A DNA stretch of 64,000 nt, from IMG/VR virus record IMGVR_UViG_3300029999_000001, positions 3,557-67,556 of that record. One strand, written 5' to 3'. The notes under the pieces are model-generated. The model was not told where the DNA came from. It saw only the letters and a list, made by a program, of their open reading frames with translations, and searched no databases. Each line of letters opens with the position of its first letter. Within the stretch, counting starts at the first letter, position 1. Below, one piece after another: positions 1 to 9,320 of the stretch. Both the position numbers and the translations under genes were made by a program. This stretch comes from a virus.

Positions 1-2
1 GG

Positions 3-734
3 GAAGCCCGCGAAGCCTTCAAGCAGGCCCTCGCCGCCTACGAACGGGAAGGCATCCTCGACCCCAATCAGACCCGCCCCGAACCACCATCCATACAGCC
101 CATACTGGGCGACCCCGTATGGTGCGGCCGGTGCGCGTCCCGTATCCGCAGCAGCCTCGCCGATCTCGATGAGCTCGCCGCGATGCTCGGCTGGGTCGCT
201 GACGGGCACGCCACCTCCGCTGGCAGCGACGCCGGCCGCGTGTCCGGCACCGCCGAAATCATGTCCCCATCCGATGCGGCCGATGAACTGGCCGACCTGA
301 TGAACGTCCTGTCCGAGCATGAGAACGCCTACCGGGAACAGGTACTCGCGATCGGCACCCCACCGCGGCGCGGATACCTCGCCGCCACCTCCACCCAGTG
401 CATCGCCTGGCTCGGCCACCACCTCGATGACATCCTCACCTCCGGGATCGCCGAAGGGTTCGGTGCTGACGTGCTCGCCTGGCACAAGGTATGGAAACGC
501 CAGGCCAAGGCGGGGGCCCGGAAGCTGACGAAGCCGATGCGCTGCCCCTCCTGCCAGCTGCTGATGCTCGTCTGGCAGGAGGGTGAGAACCGGGTGGACT
601 GCGCGAACCCTTCTTGCGGGCGGATCCTGTCCTACGCCGACTACGACGCCGAGGTGGCGGCGCAGGCTGAAGCGATCACGCCGGGGAAAGGCAGCGAACC
701 ACTGACATCGTTAGTCCCGCGAGTCGCTGCCTGA
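3..734 (+). CDS. 5'-truncated zinc-finger protein, possible late-transcription regulator
   Basis: Frame of the 183..734 ORF is open back to base 3 (EAREAFKQ...WCGRC...). CxxC near the N-terminus and CPSC...CANPSC zinc ribbon at the C-terminus; lies just before the late operon. Confidence 0.6.
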   Translation, partial: EAREAFKQALAAYEREGILDPNQTRPEPPSIQPILGDPVWCGRCASRIRSSLADLDELAAMLGWVADGHATSAGSDAGRVSGTAEIMSPSDAADELADLMNVLSEHENAYREQVLAIGTPPRRGYLAATSTQCIAWLGHHLDDILTSGIAEGFGADVLAWHKVWKRQAKAGARKLTKPMRCPSCQLLMLVWQEGENRVDCANPSCGRILSYADYDAEVAAQAEAITPGKGSEPLTSLVPRVAA

Positions 735-781
735 CCAGGTACTGCTCCTGTGTAGTATTCGTGGTGGATTTCCATACCCAG

Positions 782-809
782 AGCCGCCCCCTAACCGGGC
801 GGCTTTTTT
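782..809 (+). terminator. Intrinsic terminator
   Basis: AGCCGCCC-7 nt loop-GGGCGGCT followed by a T run. Confidence 0.8.
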
Positions 810-828
810 GCGTGCGCGGGAGGCTTGT

Positions 829-1098
829 GTGGATGAGGCAGTGCTGAACGTCAACGCCCTGCTCACGGCCACCGAAGCTGCCACCTGCGCCGGGGTAACC
901 GTCGCTGCGATCTGCAACTGGCGCGCCCGGGGCTGGCTCCCCGTGGCCACCGATGAGCAGGGCCGGGAAATCCGGGACCGCCGCGGCCGGCCGAAGTACC
1001 GGCTGCTTGATGTGGCCAAGGCGGAGAAGGCGACAAAGGAGCGCGCCGAGAAGATGGCTCAGGGCCTGGGGCGGCGTGCGTTTCCCGCAGCAGCGTGA
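829..1098 (+). CDS. MerR/excisionase-like HTH DNA-binding protein
   Basis: LLTATEAATCAGVTVAAICNWRARGWL helix-turn-helix; GGGAGG RBS before GTG 829. Confidence 0.75.
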   Translation: MDEAVLNVNALLTATEAATCAGVTVAAICNWRARGWLPVATDEQGREIRDRRGRPKYRLLDVAKAEKATKERAEKMAQGLGRRAFPAAA

Positions 1099-1157
1099 CC
1101 GATAGGCTTTGACGTGGGCAATTCGCCCCCTCCAAGCCTCGCCCGATCGGTTCCGCC

Positions 1158-1325
1158 ATGCTTCACGCTGCCCTCATCGCTGCCTGCTTTCTCATGTTCC
1201 CCGTCTTCACCGCCGCTGTGCTCCTGCTGACGGCATCCCACGAGAGCGAACCCGGGCGTGAGAGCGAACCTGAGCGTGATGAGGTTCCGGTCGCGGCCGT
1301 GCCGGCTTTCCCACTGAGATCCTGA
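1158..1325 (+). CDS. Small single-pass membrane protein (55 aa)
   Basis: Hand translation MLHAALIAACFLMFPVFTAAVLLLTASHESEPG...; below the ORF-track cutoff. Confidence 0.5.
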   Translation: MLHAALIAACFLMFPVFTAAVLLLTASHESEPGRESEPERDEVPVAAVPAFPLRS

Positions 1326-1371
1326 CTCCGGCCCCGGGGTTCAGGCCAGCCCCGCCCGGAAGGATCCTGCA

Positions 1372-1692
1372 ATGACCAGCCCCACGCCTGTCTCGCCGAC
1401 GCTCTCACTGTCCACCGACGCCCCCGTGTACAACGTCGGTGACACGCTGACCCTCACCGCGGACTACAGTGACGCCTCGTCCGCGCCGCTGACGCTGACG
1501 ATCAGCGCGACCGCGACCGACGCGAACGGGGTGTCGGTATCCGCCACCACCACCGCGACGGTAAACACCGGCGTCCAGCTGCCGATGACCGTCGTCCCGT
1601 CCGACAGCTTCTCCGACACCTACGCCGAGGTGCCGAGCGCGGCCGGGACCGCAGTGTTCACCACCACGATCCAGGCCCCGCCCGCGTCGTGA
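1372..1692 (+). CDS. Thr-rich beta-sandwich (Ig-like) small protein
   Basis: GGAAGG RBS; alternating beta-strand pattern YNVGDTLTLTADY...LTISATATDANG. Confidence 0.6.
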   Translation: MTSPTPVSPTLSLSTDAPVYNVGDTLTLTADYSDASSAPLTLTISATATDANGVSVSATTTATVNTGVQLPMTVVPSDSFSDTYAEVPSAAGTAVFTTTIQAPPAS

Positions 1693-1814
1693 GCGCGCTG
1701 CTCATCACGGCGACTGTGACGGATGCGTTCGGGCAGGAAGCTACCGCATCGGTCACCGTCGATGTCCTCACGGACCCGGCCAGCGAGCCGCCCGCGCCCG
1801 CCCAGGGCCTGTAA
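1689..1814 (+). CDS. 41-aa peptide resembling a beta-hairpin of the upstream protein
   Basis: GTGA overlap; MSALLITATVTDAFGQEATASVTVDV resembles LTISATATDANGVSVSATTTATV. Confidence 0.5.
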   Translation: MSALLITATVTDAFGQEATASVTVDVLTDPASEPPAPAQGL

Positions 1815-1920
1815 GCCGCCGCGTTCCTGGCGCTCGCACGTCCTCACCCATGTGCTCAGGCGCAGCAGCGCCAGGAACAGCGGCATCCCAGCAGCCGAGT
1901 TGCGAGAGGAGGTGAAAGCC

Positions 1921-2079
1921 ATGGGTAATGTCACTGTCGGCCGGTACGATGACCCCGCCAGTGCCGGCTACCAGGGATGGATTGAGCCAGACGACAGGAC
2001 GTGGATCATGTTCGTCGCCAATGACGGGCATCCGGTCGCGTTCCTGAACCGTGACCCGGAAACCGGCGCGGTGCTGTGA
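1921..2079 (+). CDS. Hypothetical protein (52 aa)
   Basis: Strong RBS GAGGAGG before ATG 1921; MGNVTVGRYDDP... Confidence 0.65.
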   Translation: MGNVTVGRYDDPASAGYQGWIEPDDRTWIMFVANDGHPVAFLNRDPETGAVL

Positions 2080-2149
2080 CCGGCTGGCCGCTGCGGGATG
2101 AGCAGCGCGCCAGGGTCCTGGCCTTCACCTTGGCCGCGAGGAGCACCTG

Positions 2150-2434
2150 ATGGCCAGCGGCGAACTACCGGTCTGCGCCCACGGCGTGCTCATCAGCGCC
2201 ATGTACTGCGAGGCCTGTTACGGCCTTGGCCATGGCTCATGGACGCCGGGAACGGCTCCGTACTCCACGTCCGCGCCCGTGTTCCCGACGCACGTAGTGG
2301 CCGAAGCATTGCAGGGCTGGGAATGCCCGAAGTGCCGCCACGTCTTCGCCCCGTTCATGGTGGCCTGCACCTACTGCCCCGGCGATCAGGTGTTCACGAA
2401 CACCAGCACGGGAACCGCGCCGCAGGCAGGCTGA
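2150..2434 (+). CDS. Cys-rich hypothetical protein
   Basis: GAGGAG RBS; CEAC, CPKC and CTYC motifs. Confidence 0.6.
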   Translation: MASGELPVCAHGVLISAMYCEACYGLGHGSWTPGTAPYSTSAPVFPTHVVAEALQGWECPKCRHVFAPFMVACTYCPGDQVFTNTSTGTAPQAG

Positions 2435-2601
2435 CGGGAGGCGTGATGCCTCTCCAGCCCGGCGGCGATTGACCTCAGGCGGCGGCCCGGCATGGAGCCG
2501 GTGAGTATCTGACCAAGATCGTTCTTACGCAAAGATGCAGGCCGCATTCGCCAGACATGGACAAACCGGACATCTGAACCTCATGGATACACAGGCTGGC
2601 G

Positions 2602-3222
2602 GTGACCCTCATGAACACCGGCAAGGAAAAGTGCACTGGCACCGCCAAGCAGACCGGCAAGCGCTGCAAGCGTAAGCCGGCGATCGGCCTGGACAAGTGC
2701 GCCATCCACTGCGGGCTGTCCAAGGCTGAGCGTGACCGGATCGCCGCCGGGCACCTCGCCGAGCAGGAAGCCCGCAAGGCGGTCATCACCTTTGGCCTGC
2801 CGCGGGACATCTCAGCGACGGACGCCTTGATGGAAGAGGTCCGCTACACCGCCGGTCATGTCGTGTGGCTCCGTGAGCAGGTACAGGCGATCACCCCGGC
2901 CGACCTGGTGTGGGGCATGACAGAGCAGGCCGAGAAGAATGCCACGGAGTTCAGCGGCACAGACACGACCTATGCGGCGAAACCGAACATTTGGCTGGAG
3001 CTCTACTACCGGGAACGCAAGCACCTGCTGGATGTGACCAAGGCTGCTGTCGCCGCGGGGATCGAGGAGCGGCGGGTCCGGCTGGAAGAGTCCAAGGGCC
3101 AGCTTGTCGCGGAGATCATCAAGCGGATCACCGGGCGCCTGGACTTGTCCGCGGCGCAGGCGGCTTTGCTGCCGAGGGTGGCGAGCGAGGAACTGCGCCG
3201 CGCCGCGTCCGCCATGAACTGA
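2602..3222 (+). CDS. terS: Terminase small subunit
   Basis: N-terminal C-x-A-K-x-T-G-x-R-C...C-x-x-H-C-G (HGGxSTG-like) zinc knuckle; directly upstream of terL. Start may be ATG 2611. Confidence 0.75.
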   Translation: MTLMNTGKEKCTGTAKQTGKRCKRKPAIGLDKCAIHCGLSKAERDRIAAGHLAEQEARKAVITFGLPRDISATDALMEEVRYTAGHVVWLREQVQAITPADLVWGMTEQAEKNATEFSGTDTTYAAKPNIWLELYYRERKHLLDVTKAAVAAGIEERRVRLEESKGQLVAEIIKRITGRLDLSAAQAALLPRVASEELRRAASAMN

Positions 3223-3235
3223 CCTGGGAGCGGCC

Positions 3236-4768
3236 GTGGCGGTGACGTGGCTTGAGGCTGCCGCGGCAGAGTTCGAGCCCCCGCCAGATGACGTGTTCGA
3301 GAAGCTGGGCTTTACTCCCAACCCTGGCCCGCAGACCCGGTTCCTGTCGCTGCCGGACGAGAACATCGATGTCCTCTACGGCGGCGCGGCCGGTGGGTCG
3401 AAGAGCACGAGCCTTCTCCTGTACGCGCTGCGCGCCTGTGCCCGGTTCCCGGGCCTGCAGGCGTTCTGGTTCCGGCGCTCCTTCCCTGAGCTGCGGCAGT
3501 CGGTGCTGCGGCTGCTGGCCCGCTACCAGCACGCCCGCGCGCTCGGGGCCCGCTGGAACGAAGGCAACTTTGAGCTCCGGTTCTCCAACGGGTCGATCCT
3601 GACGTTCAGCCACGCCAAGAACATGATCGAAGCGTCCGCGTTCCTGTCAGCGGAGATCAATCTCCTGCTGATCGATGAGCGGACCACGATCCCGCCCGGT
3701 GTCGTGGACATGCTGTACAGCCGTGTCCGGTCCGGCGCGGCGGGGGTGCCGTGCCTGGGGATCCGCTCCGCGACGAACCCCGGGAACATCGGCCACGGCC
3801 GGGTCAAGGCCGAGTACGTGAAGGCCACCGAGCACGGCGCACGTGAGGTCATCGACCGGTACAAGCGGCGCCGCCAGTTCATTCAGGCCCGCGTCACGGA
3901 CACGCCCCAGCTGGGCGAGGAGTACCGGCTGAACCTCGCGGGTCTTGATGAGAAGCTCCGCAAGGCCATGGAGGAAGGCGACTGGGAAACCTTCGAAGGC
4001 CAGGTCTTCCCCGAGTTGTCCTGGGACCGGCACGTGGTGCAGCCGATCGAGCTGCCTGCCTCCTGGCGCCGCTATGTGGGTGTGGACTGGGGCTACACGG
4101 CCCCGTGGGCGACCGGATGGTTCGCGCTGGACGAGGATGGCCGGGTCTGGATCTACCGGGAGATTTACGAAACCCAGGTCGGTGAGGCTGATCAGGCGAA
4201 GCGTATCCTCGCGGCCGAGGACGACGGGGAGCAGATCAGCGTCCGCTATGCGGATGACGCGATGTGGGCGACCCGCGGGGACGCGAAGCCGATCGCTGAC
4301 GTGTATGCGGAGAACGGCTGCGCCCTCACCCCCGCAGGGAAGGGCCCCGGGTCGCGGGTGGCCGGCTGGCAGCGTCTGCACAGCTACCTGAAGGACGCGC
4401 CGGCGTGCCCGCATCACCGGGCGCTCGGCTGGGATATGTGCCCGAAACTGCACGTCTTCTCAACCTGCCCGAAGTGGTTCGATGAACTGTCCGAGCTGCC
4501 GCACGCGACCACAGGCGACCCTGAGGACTCCGATCCGAAGGCCCCCGACCACCTCGCGGACCTGACCCGGTACGTGCTGCTGAATCTCGACGGCGGCCCG
4601 GCGTTCCCCATCTTCGGTGACGACAAGCCCAGCCCCATCGCCGAGTTCGCTGAGCCCCTGCAGCCCCTGCACCAGTTCGCGTACCGGCCGATGGCTGATG
4701 AGCCCTCATGGTTCACCGACGACGAGGACACCGCCCGGCGGACCGTAAGGGTCGTGGATCCTGGATGA
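3236..4768 (+). CDS. terL: Terminase large subunit (Terminase_6-like)
   Basis: Walker A-like YGGAAGGSKS, Walker B LLLIDE, ATNPG coupling motif, RNase H-like GVDWGY and C-terminal DHLAD. Confidence 0.95.
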   Translation: MAVTWLEAAAAEFEPPPDDVFEKLGFTPNPGPQTRFLSLPDENIDVLYGGAAGGSKSTSLLLYALRACARFPGLQAFWFRRSFPELRQSVLRLLARYQHARALGARWNEGNFELRFSNGSILTFSHAKNMIEASAFLSAEINLLLIDERTTIPPGVVDMLYSRVRSGAAGVPCLGIRSATNPGNIGHGRVKAEYVKATEHGAREVIDRYKRRRQFIQARVTDTPQLGEEYRLNLAGLDEKLRKAMEEGDWETFEGQVFPELSWDRHVVQPIELPASWRRYVGVDWGYTAPWATGWFALDEDGRVWIYREIYETQVGEADQAKRILAAEDDGEQISVRYADDAMWATRGDAKPIADVYAENGCALTPAGKGPGSRVAGWQRLHSYLKDAPACPHHRALGWDMCPKLHVFSTCPKWFDELSELPHATTGDPEDSDPKAPDHLADLTRYVLLNLDGGPAFPIFGDDKPSPIAEFAEPLQPLHQFAYRPMADEPSWFTDDEDTARRTVRVVDPG

Positions 4769-4780
4769 CGGGGAGGTCTC

Positions 4781-6703
4781 GTGGCCTTCCGTGACTGGTT
4801 CCGGCGTGGCGGCGGCGAGATCGAAGAGGCGGCCACCAAGGCGCTGACCCCGGGCCAGGTTCCGGAGCGCGCCGGGTATTCATACGGCATCCCACGTGGC
4901 GGCCTCAACGAGGTCAACTCCAGCATGGGCGGGGCGACCGGAACCGACCGCCGCTCCCAGCTCGAACAGCTCTACGAGTCGTACCTGTCCTGCCCGTGGG
5001 CGTGGGCCTGTGTGAACGCCATCGCCCGCACCATCACCGCCGGCGGCCTGGTGATGGACTGGAACTCCGACACCGGGGAAGGCGACGAGAAACCCCCGGA
5101 CAAGCCGGAGAACGTCCTCGCGCTCGAGCGGCTGATCTCCTGGTGCAACGCCCGGCAGAACATCCGGCAGCTGATGCGGAACGTCGTCATCGACATGCTC
5201 GTCTTCGGTGATGCGTTCATCGAGGTGACCTGGTGGGGTGAGCTCCCGGTCGCCTTGTACAACCTGGATAACCCGACCACAACCCCGCTGGCTGATGAGC
5301 ACGGCAACATCACCGGGTACGTGCAGGTCACCGAATCCGGGCAGCGCGCCGAGTTCGAGCCCCGCGACGTCATCCACCTCTCCCTGGATGCGCCCCGCTC
5401 CGGGGTGTTCGGGGTGTCCCCGACGCAGGCGGCGAGCCTGCCGATCACCGCATGGCTGTTCGCCGCGGCGTGCGGGAAGGAAATGGCCCGCAAAGGCCTC
5501 CCGCCGAACGTGCACGTCGACTTCCCGGCGGGGATGCAGCCGGGTGAGATGAACCGGTGGCGGGCCCAGTACCAGGCGCAGAACGTCGGCCCCCGCAACA
5601 TTGGTGTCCCGGTGATGACCAAGGGCGGCGCCCGCATCGCCGAACTGCAGGCGGGGAAACTGCCGGACGTCCTGGCGTTTCTGGACCAGAAGCGCGACGA
5701 GATAATAGCCACCTATGGCGTCCCCCCGTCGAAGGCGTCGATCATCGAGTCCGGGAACCTGGGTGGCGGCACAGGTGAAGAGCAGGACATTTCGTACAAA
5801 GTCGACCTCTGCGCCCCGATCGGTGAGCTGATCCTGGAAGCGTTCAACTTCTCGGTCAGCAGCCAGGGTTTCGGGATCGAGAACTGGCGAGCGAAGTTCC
5901 GCGAGGTCGACTACCGGGCCTCAACGGTGGTTGAGACCATCCGGGACATGCGGCTCCGCAATGGCGCCTGGGTGCTGAACCGGTACAAGGCGGAGATCGG
6001 CGAGCCCTCGGTCGACGGGGGCGACGACGCCGTGCTGGTCGACCGGCAGAACCTCGTTCTCTGGTCGGACATGTCCGCGATGAGCAAGGCGATGATCGCC
6101 AGCAAGGGCGCCCCGGCTGTCGCGGCCGGGGAGACACCACCGGGCGGTGAGCCGATGGCCCCGGGCGCCCCGGATGCACCCGGCGGGCAGGACGGCGAGG
6201 ACGGCAAGCCGCAGGAGTCGCTGCTGGCCACGCAGATCGCCCGCTACCGGGCCCGTGTCGCCGAGGCCCTGGCCGTCACGCCCATCACCGAAGCCTCGGG
6301 CGGCACGGCAGCCGATGTCTATGACCAGCTCAGCGTTAATTTCCCCGCGTCGGCTATCGCCTGGGTGAAACCGGCGAAGTGGTCCGGCCCCCGGAAGGTG
6401 CTGGTCAAGGACGTCGACACGTCCGGCCGGGACAGCTGGGACGCCTCCCACCAGCCCGGCGAAGTCGCGGTGTTCACCAGCAAGCTCCGCAAACGGCAGC
6501 GCAAGGACCGGGAACTGAAACCGGTCGTGCTGGTGAAGCGGCCCGGTGCCGGGAAGCTCCTGATCGCGGACGGGCATCACCGGTTCCTCGCCTATGAGAA
6601 GGACGGGCAGGCGTACGTATGGGCGTACATCGGCACGGTGGGCAGCGAGCACGGGAAATGGGACGAGCTGGCCCTGTCGCAGAAGCGGGACAAGGCGGCA
6701 TGA
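4781..6703 (+). CDS. Portal protein with C-terminal ParB/Srx-like domain
   Basis: Follows terL; HK97-type portal motifs (WACVNAIA, FGDAFIEV, GVSPTQA, YGVPPS); Pro/Gly linker then KPVVLV...LIADGHHRFLA. Confidence 0.9.
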   Translation: MAFRDWFRRGGGEIEEAATKALTPGQVPERAGYSYGIPRGGLNEVNSSMGGATGTDRRSQLEQLYESYLSCPWAWACVNAIARTITAGGLVMDWNSDTGEGDEKPPDKPENVLALERLISWCNARQNIRQLMRNVVIDMLVFGDAFIEVTWWGELPVALYNLDNPTTTPLADEHGNITGYVQVTESGQRAEFEPRDVIHLSLDAPRSGVFGVSPTQAASLPITAWLFAAACGKEMARKGLPPNVHVDFPAGMQPGEMNRWRAQYQAQNVGPRNIGVPVMTKGGARIAELQAGKLPDVLAFLDQKRDEIIATYGVPPSKASIIESGNLGGGTGEEQDISYKVDLCAPIGELILEAFNFSVSSQGFGIENWRAKFREVDYRASTVVETIRDMRLRNGAWVLNRYKAEIGEPSVDGGDDAVLVDRQNLVLWSDMSAMSKAMIASKGAPAVAAGETPPGGEPMAPGAPDAPGGQDGEDGKPQESLLATQIARYRARVAEALAVTPITEASGGTAADVYDQLSVNFPASAIAWVKPAKWSGPRKVLVKDVDTSGRDSWDASHQPGEVAVFTSKLRKRQRKDRELKPVVLVKRPGAGKLLIADGHHRFLAYEKDGQAYVWAYIGTVGSEHGKWDELALSQKRDKAA

Positions 6704-6999
6704 CTGAGCACCAGAGGTCGCGCCTGATGCCCGAGGTTGGCCTCCCTCCCGGCTTCGTCCCCCCATCGGCTGCGCTGGCACCGCCAGGGGCAGCCCGCCG
6801 CGACCCGGCTGCCCTTCTCGCCGCTGTCGCCGAGGCCCTGAACGCTGCGGAACGGGCCGGCCTGATCATCGCCAGCCTGGACCATGGGGCGATCAAAACC
6901 CGCGCTGGCTATGTCGTCCCGTTCGGCACAGCCCAGCTCGGCTGCCGGTGGGTGGCCCGCTCCCGCATCCCCTACGACCCGGAAGGCGGCGAGGGGTGA
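6700..6999 (+). CDS. Hypothetical protein
   Basis: ATGA overlap with the portal stop; MTEHQRSRLM... Confidence 0.55.
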   Translation: MTEHQRSRLMPEVGLPPGFVPPSAALAPPGAARRDPAALLAAVAEALNAAERAGLIIASLDHGAIKTRAGYVVPFGTAQLGCRWVARSRIPYDPEGGEG

Positions 7000-7006
7000 C
7001 GGCGGT

Positions 7007-7447
7007 TCAGCCGCCGAGTACGCCTGCCTTCACTGCTGCCTCACGGTCCACGGGTGGCGCCCGCACGTAAACCTCCAGGATCACGACGGCCATCTGCCAG
7101 TCAGCCGACTCGGGCACCTCGTGCACATTCTCCGGGTCAAGGATTCCGCCCGTCACATAGCGGACTGTCTCATGCGGCAGTGTGACCGGCACGAATCCCT
7201 GACGGGTGACCAGTTCAAGCAAGTCGTTGCGCATGCGCTGCCGCAGGTACTCGCGGAAGCGGTCCGCCTCCCATTGCTCCCGGGGAACGGCCTGCCCGAC
7301 GTAGGTGATCTGGTCCCAGTAGGAGTTCGCCGCGTCGGCCAGCGCCCGCGCCTGGCTGTCGCTCATGTGGACGGTAACTCTCCAGTCCCGTGCGGCGTTC
7401 ATGACTGCCTCGGCTGCGCTCCGGACATTCCGCCTGTCGTTGAGCAT
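7007..7447 (-). CDS. Antisense hypothetical protein (leaderless)
   Basis: TATGGT -10 box 6 nt before ATG 7447; occupies a gap in plus-strand coding. Confidence 0.65.
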   Translation of the reverse strand: MLNDRRNVRSAAEAVMNAARDWRVTVHMSDSQARALADAANSYWDQITYVGQAVPREQWEADRFREYLRQRMRNDLLELVTRQGFVPVTLPHETVRYVTGGILDPENVHEVPESADWQMAVVILEVYVRAPPVDREAAVKAGVLGG

Positions 7448-7487
7448 GGTCACACCATAGAGCGGCAGCGAAGGGCGGTGAGCGCCA

Positions 7488-7706
7488 GTGAGCGGTGATG
7501 TCCTACGCGATTACATCGCGATCCGTGACGCCGATGACCCGGACCTAGCTCGCGCGCTGATCGAGAACCGGCGGCTGAGGGCGGAGAACAGCGCACAGGG
7601 CACGCAGGTCCGCCAGCTGACGGCACAGAACCGCGCTCAGGCCGCAGAGATCAGGGCGCAGGCCAACGAGATCGGGCGGTTGCGGGGAGCGGGCGGCAAT
7701 GCCTGA
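7488..7706 (+). CDS. Coiled-coil hypothetical protein
   Basis: Heptad-like ALIENRRLRAENSAQGTQVRQLTAQNRAQ. Confidence 0.55.
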   Translation: MSGDVLRDYIAIRDADDPDLARALIENRRLRAENSAQGTQVRQLTAQNRAQAAEIRAQANEIGRLRGAGGNA

Positions 7707-7827
7707 CGAGCCGCACCTGGACGGCGACACGGACGCGCCTGTCGTCGCGCTTGAGCCCGACACCCTGCCGAACCGGCCGCTGACGGCCGAGGAGGCCTCG
7801 CCCTTCCTCGAAAAGGAGATCGGATAG
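7699..7827 (+). CDS. Small acidic hypothetical protein (42 aa)
   Basis: Coupled to both neighbours; MPDEPHLDGD...EKEIG. Confidence 0.5.
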   Translation: MPDEPHLDGDTDAPVVALEPDTLPNRPLTAEEASPFLEKEIG

Positions 7828-7997
7828 TGGCCGAGATGGCCCCCGTCGTTGTGCCCATTGAAGCCGACCCCGGCAAGCTCATCCAGGTCGCCCGCATCCT
7901 CCAGAAGCATTTCGGGGCGCTGGCCGATGACCTTGAGGGCCTCCGCAGTGGCGAGCCTGCCGAGCCGCAGGCCGAGATCAGGGAGAGCGTGCTGTGA
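7827..7997 (+). CDS. Hypothetical protein (56 aa)
   Basis: TAGTG overlap, AAGGAG upstream; MAEMAPVVVPIEADPGKL...IRESVL. Confidence 0.5.
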   Translation: MAEMAPVVVPIEADPGKLIQVARILQKHFGALADDLEGLRSGEPAEPQAEIRESVL

Positions 7998-8293
7998 AGC
8001 CAAGCGTTGGGTGCGGCGTCCACTACGTTAGCTACGGGACACCCGCAGGCGAGTACAAGAGCGAGTGCCGCGCCGCTGTGGTCACGGAGGTTGGTGCGGT
8101 GTGGGTACCGGCCGGCGAGGAGGTCCCGCCGGGGACGCCCGTCAGCCTCGCCGTGCTGAATCCGGAGGGGATGTTCTTCAACCGAGGCGTCATGCAGCAT
8201 GACGGCGACGTTGGCCACGACCACGCGGGAGACGAGATTCCGGCCAGGTCATACCCGGGTGGCACCTGGCATTGGCCGGAACGGGTGGAGTAG
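7994..8293 (+). CDS. Hypothetical phage protein
   Basis: GTGA overlap; VHYV...CRAAVVTEV...GTWHWP pattern recalled from actinophage proteins. Confidence 0.65.
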   Translation: MKPSVGCGVHYVSYGTPAGEYKSECRAAVVTEVGAVWVPAGEEVPPGTPVSLAVLNPEGMFFNRGVMQHDGDVGHDHAGDEIPARSYPGGTWHWPERVE

Positions 8294-8394
8294 TGAAGCA
8301 CTGCCCGGTGACTGGTGAACTGGTCGCCACCTGCGGCTGCGGGGCCTGCGACGAAGACGACCAGGACGGGCCCGAGCTGGACGAGGACCGCTGA
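8293..8394 (+). CDS. Tiny Cys/acidic peptide (33 aa)
   Basis: MKHCPVTGELVATCGCGACDEDDQDGPELDEDR, coupled at both ends. Confidence 0.45.
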   Translation: MKHCPVTGELVATCGCGACDEDDQDGPELDEDR

Positions 8395-8621
8395 TGCTCG
8401 CCAAGATCATTGCCCTGGTCGCTCACGAGATCGTGACCGAGTACCGGAAGCTCGACGCCCCGCCTGCTGTACCCGCCGAGCCGCCGGCAGCACCGCAGGC
8501 CGATGAGATGCCCCGCTACGACACGTCATCAACGCTCAGCGCATCCACCGAGCGTGCCGGGGCCTGGGACCACGACACCAAGCCGCCAGTGCGCGCGTTC
8601 GGGTTCGGGAAGGCAGACTAG
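8394..8621 (+). CDS. Hypothetical protein
   Basis: TGATG coupling; ORF track. Confidence 0.55.
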   Translation: MLAKIIALVAHEIVTEYRKLDAPPAVPAEPPAAPQADEMPRYDTSSTLSASTERAGAWDHDTKPPVRAFGFGKAD

Positions 8622-8630
8622 GCTCGGGTC

Positions 8631-9044
8631 ATGAGTCATGCTGGGCAGATCATCGAGGACTACTTCCAGCGCAAGGGCCAGCCGCGCGACTCGGCGCTGG
8701 ACGCGGCCTACCAGTTCGAGATGACCATGCTGCGGGACATGCTCTCACGGCTGGAAGTCATCCTTGACGACGAGGGCGTCGGCCCGGATACCCGCGAGCG
8801 GGTGATCCGCTGCATGCTGTACGGCTCCCCGTCACCCGCCGCGGCCGAAATGAGGATGCGGCAGGAGCAGGAGATGGTGGATCTGCTCAACCGCACGTCG
8901 CTGACAGTCCACGTTGACGGCATCCATGACGGGGAGTTCGGCCAGCTTCTGGCCGAGACGAAGCGCGCAAGGCGCAGCGCGAAGCCTGCCGGTCTCAGGC
9001 CAGGTCCGATCGCCAGCATGTTCTTGCCGGATGGCGGCAAGTGA
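8631..9044 (+). CDS. Hypothetical protein
   Basis: ORF track; collinear with neighbours. Confidence 0.6.
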   Translation: MSHAGQIIEDYFQRKGQPRDSALDAAYQFEMTMLRDMLSRLEVILDDEGVGPDTRERVIRCMLYGSPSPAAAEMRMRQEQEMVDLLNRTSLTVHVDGIHDGEFGQLLAETKRARRSAKPAGLRPGPIASMFLPDGGK

Positions 9045-9295
9045 GCTATCCCTACGACCCCGGGCCCGCCTGTCATCCGTCCGGCGAACCGTTCAGGAAC
9101 ATCTTCCCGCGGCGTCCCAATTGCCGGTGCTCGCTGACACCAGCAGACGAACCTGCCGACGCGCTCTACGCCATCCTCCTGTGCGGATGCAGGATCCGCA
9201 TCAGTGCCGAGATAGCGAACGAGCCGGTACTGCGCTGCCTCTATCGTCATGGCGGCATAGCTGTCCCGTTCGTAGTGGAGACCGAACCGCAGTAG
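9041..9295 (+). CDS. Cys-rich hypothetical protein
   Basis: GTGA overlap; CHPS, CRC, CGC, CLYRH. Confidence 0.5.
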   Translation: MSYPYDPGPACHPSGEPFRNIFPRRPNCRCSLTPADEPADALYAILLCGCRIRISAEIANEPVLRCLYRHGGIAVPFVVETEPQ

Positions 9296-9320
9296 CCGCG
9301 CTGGCAGCGCCGTGATCGCT

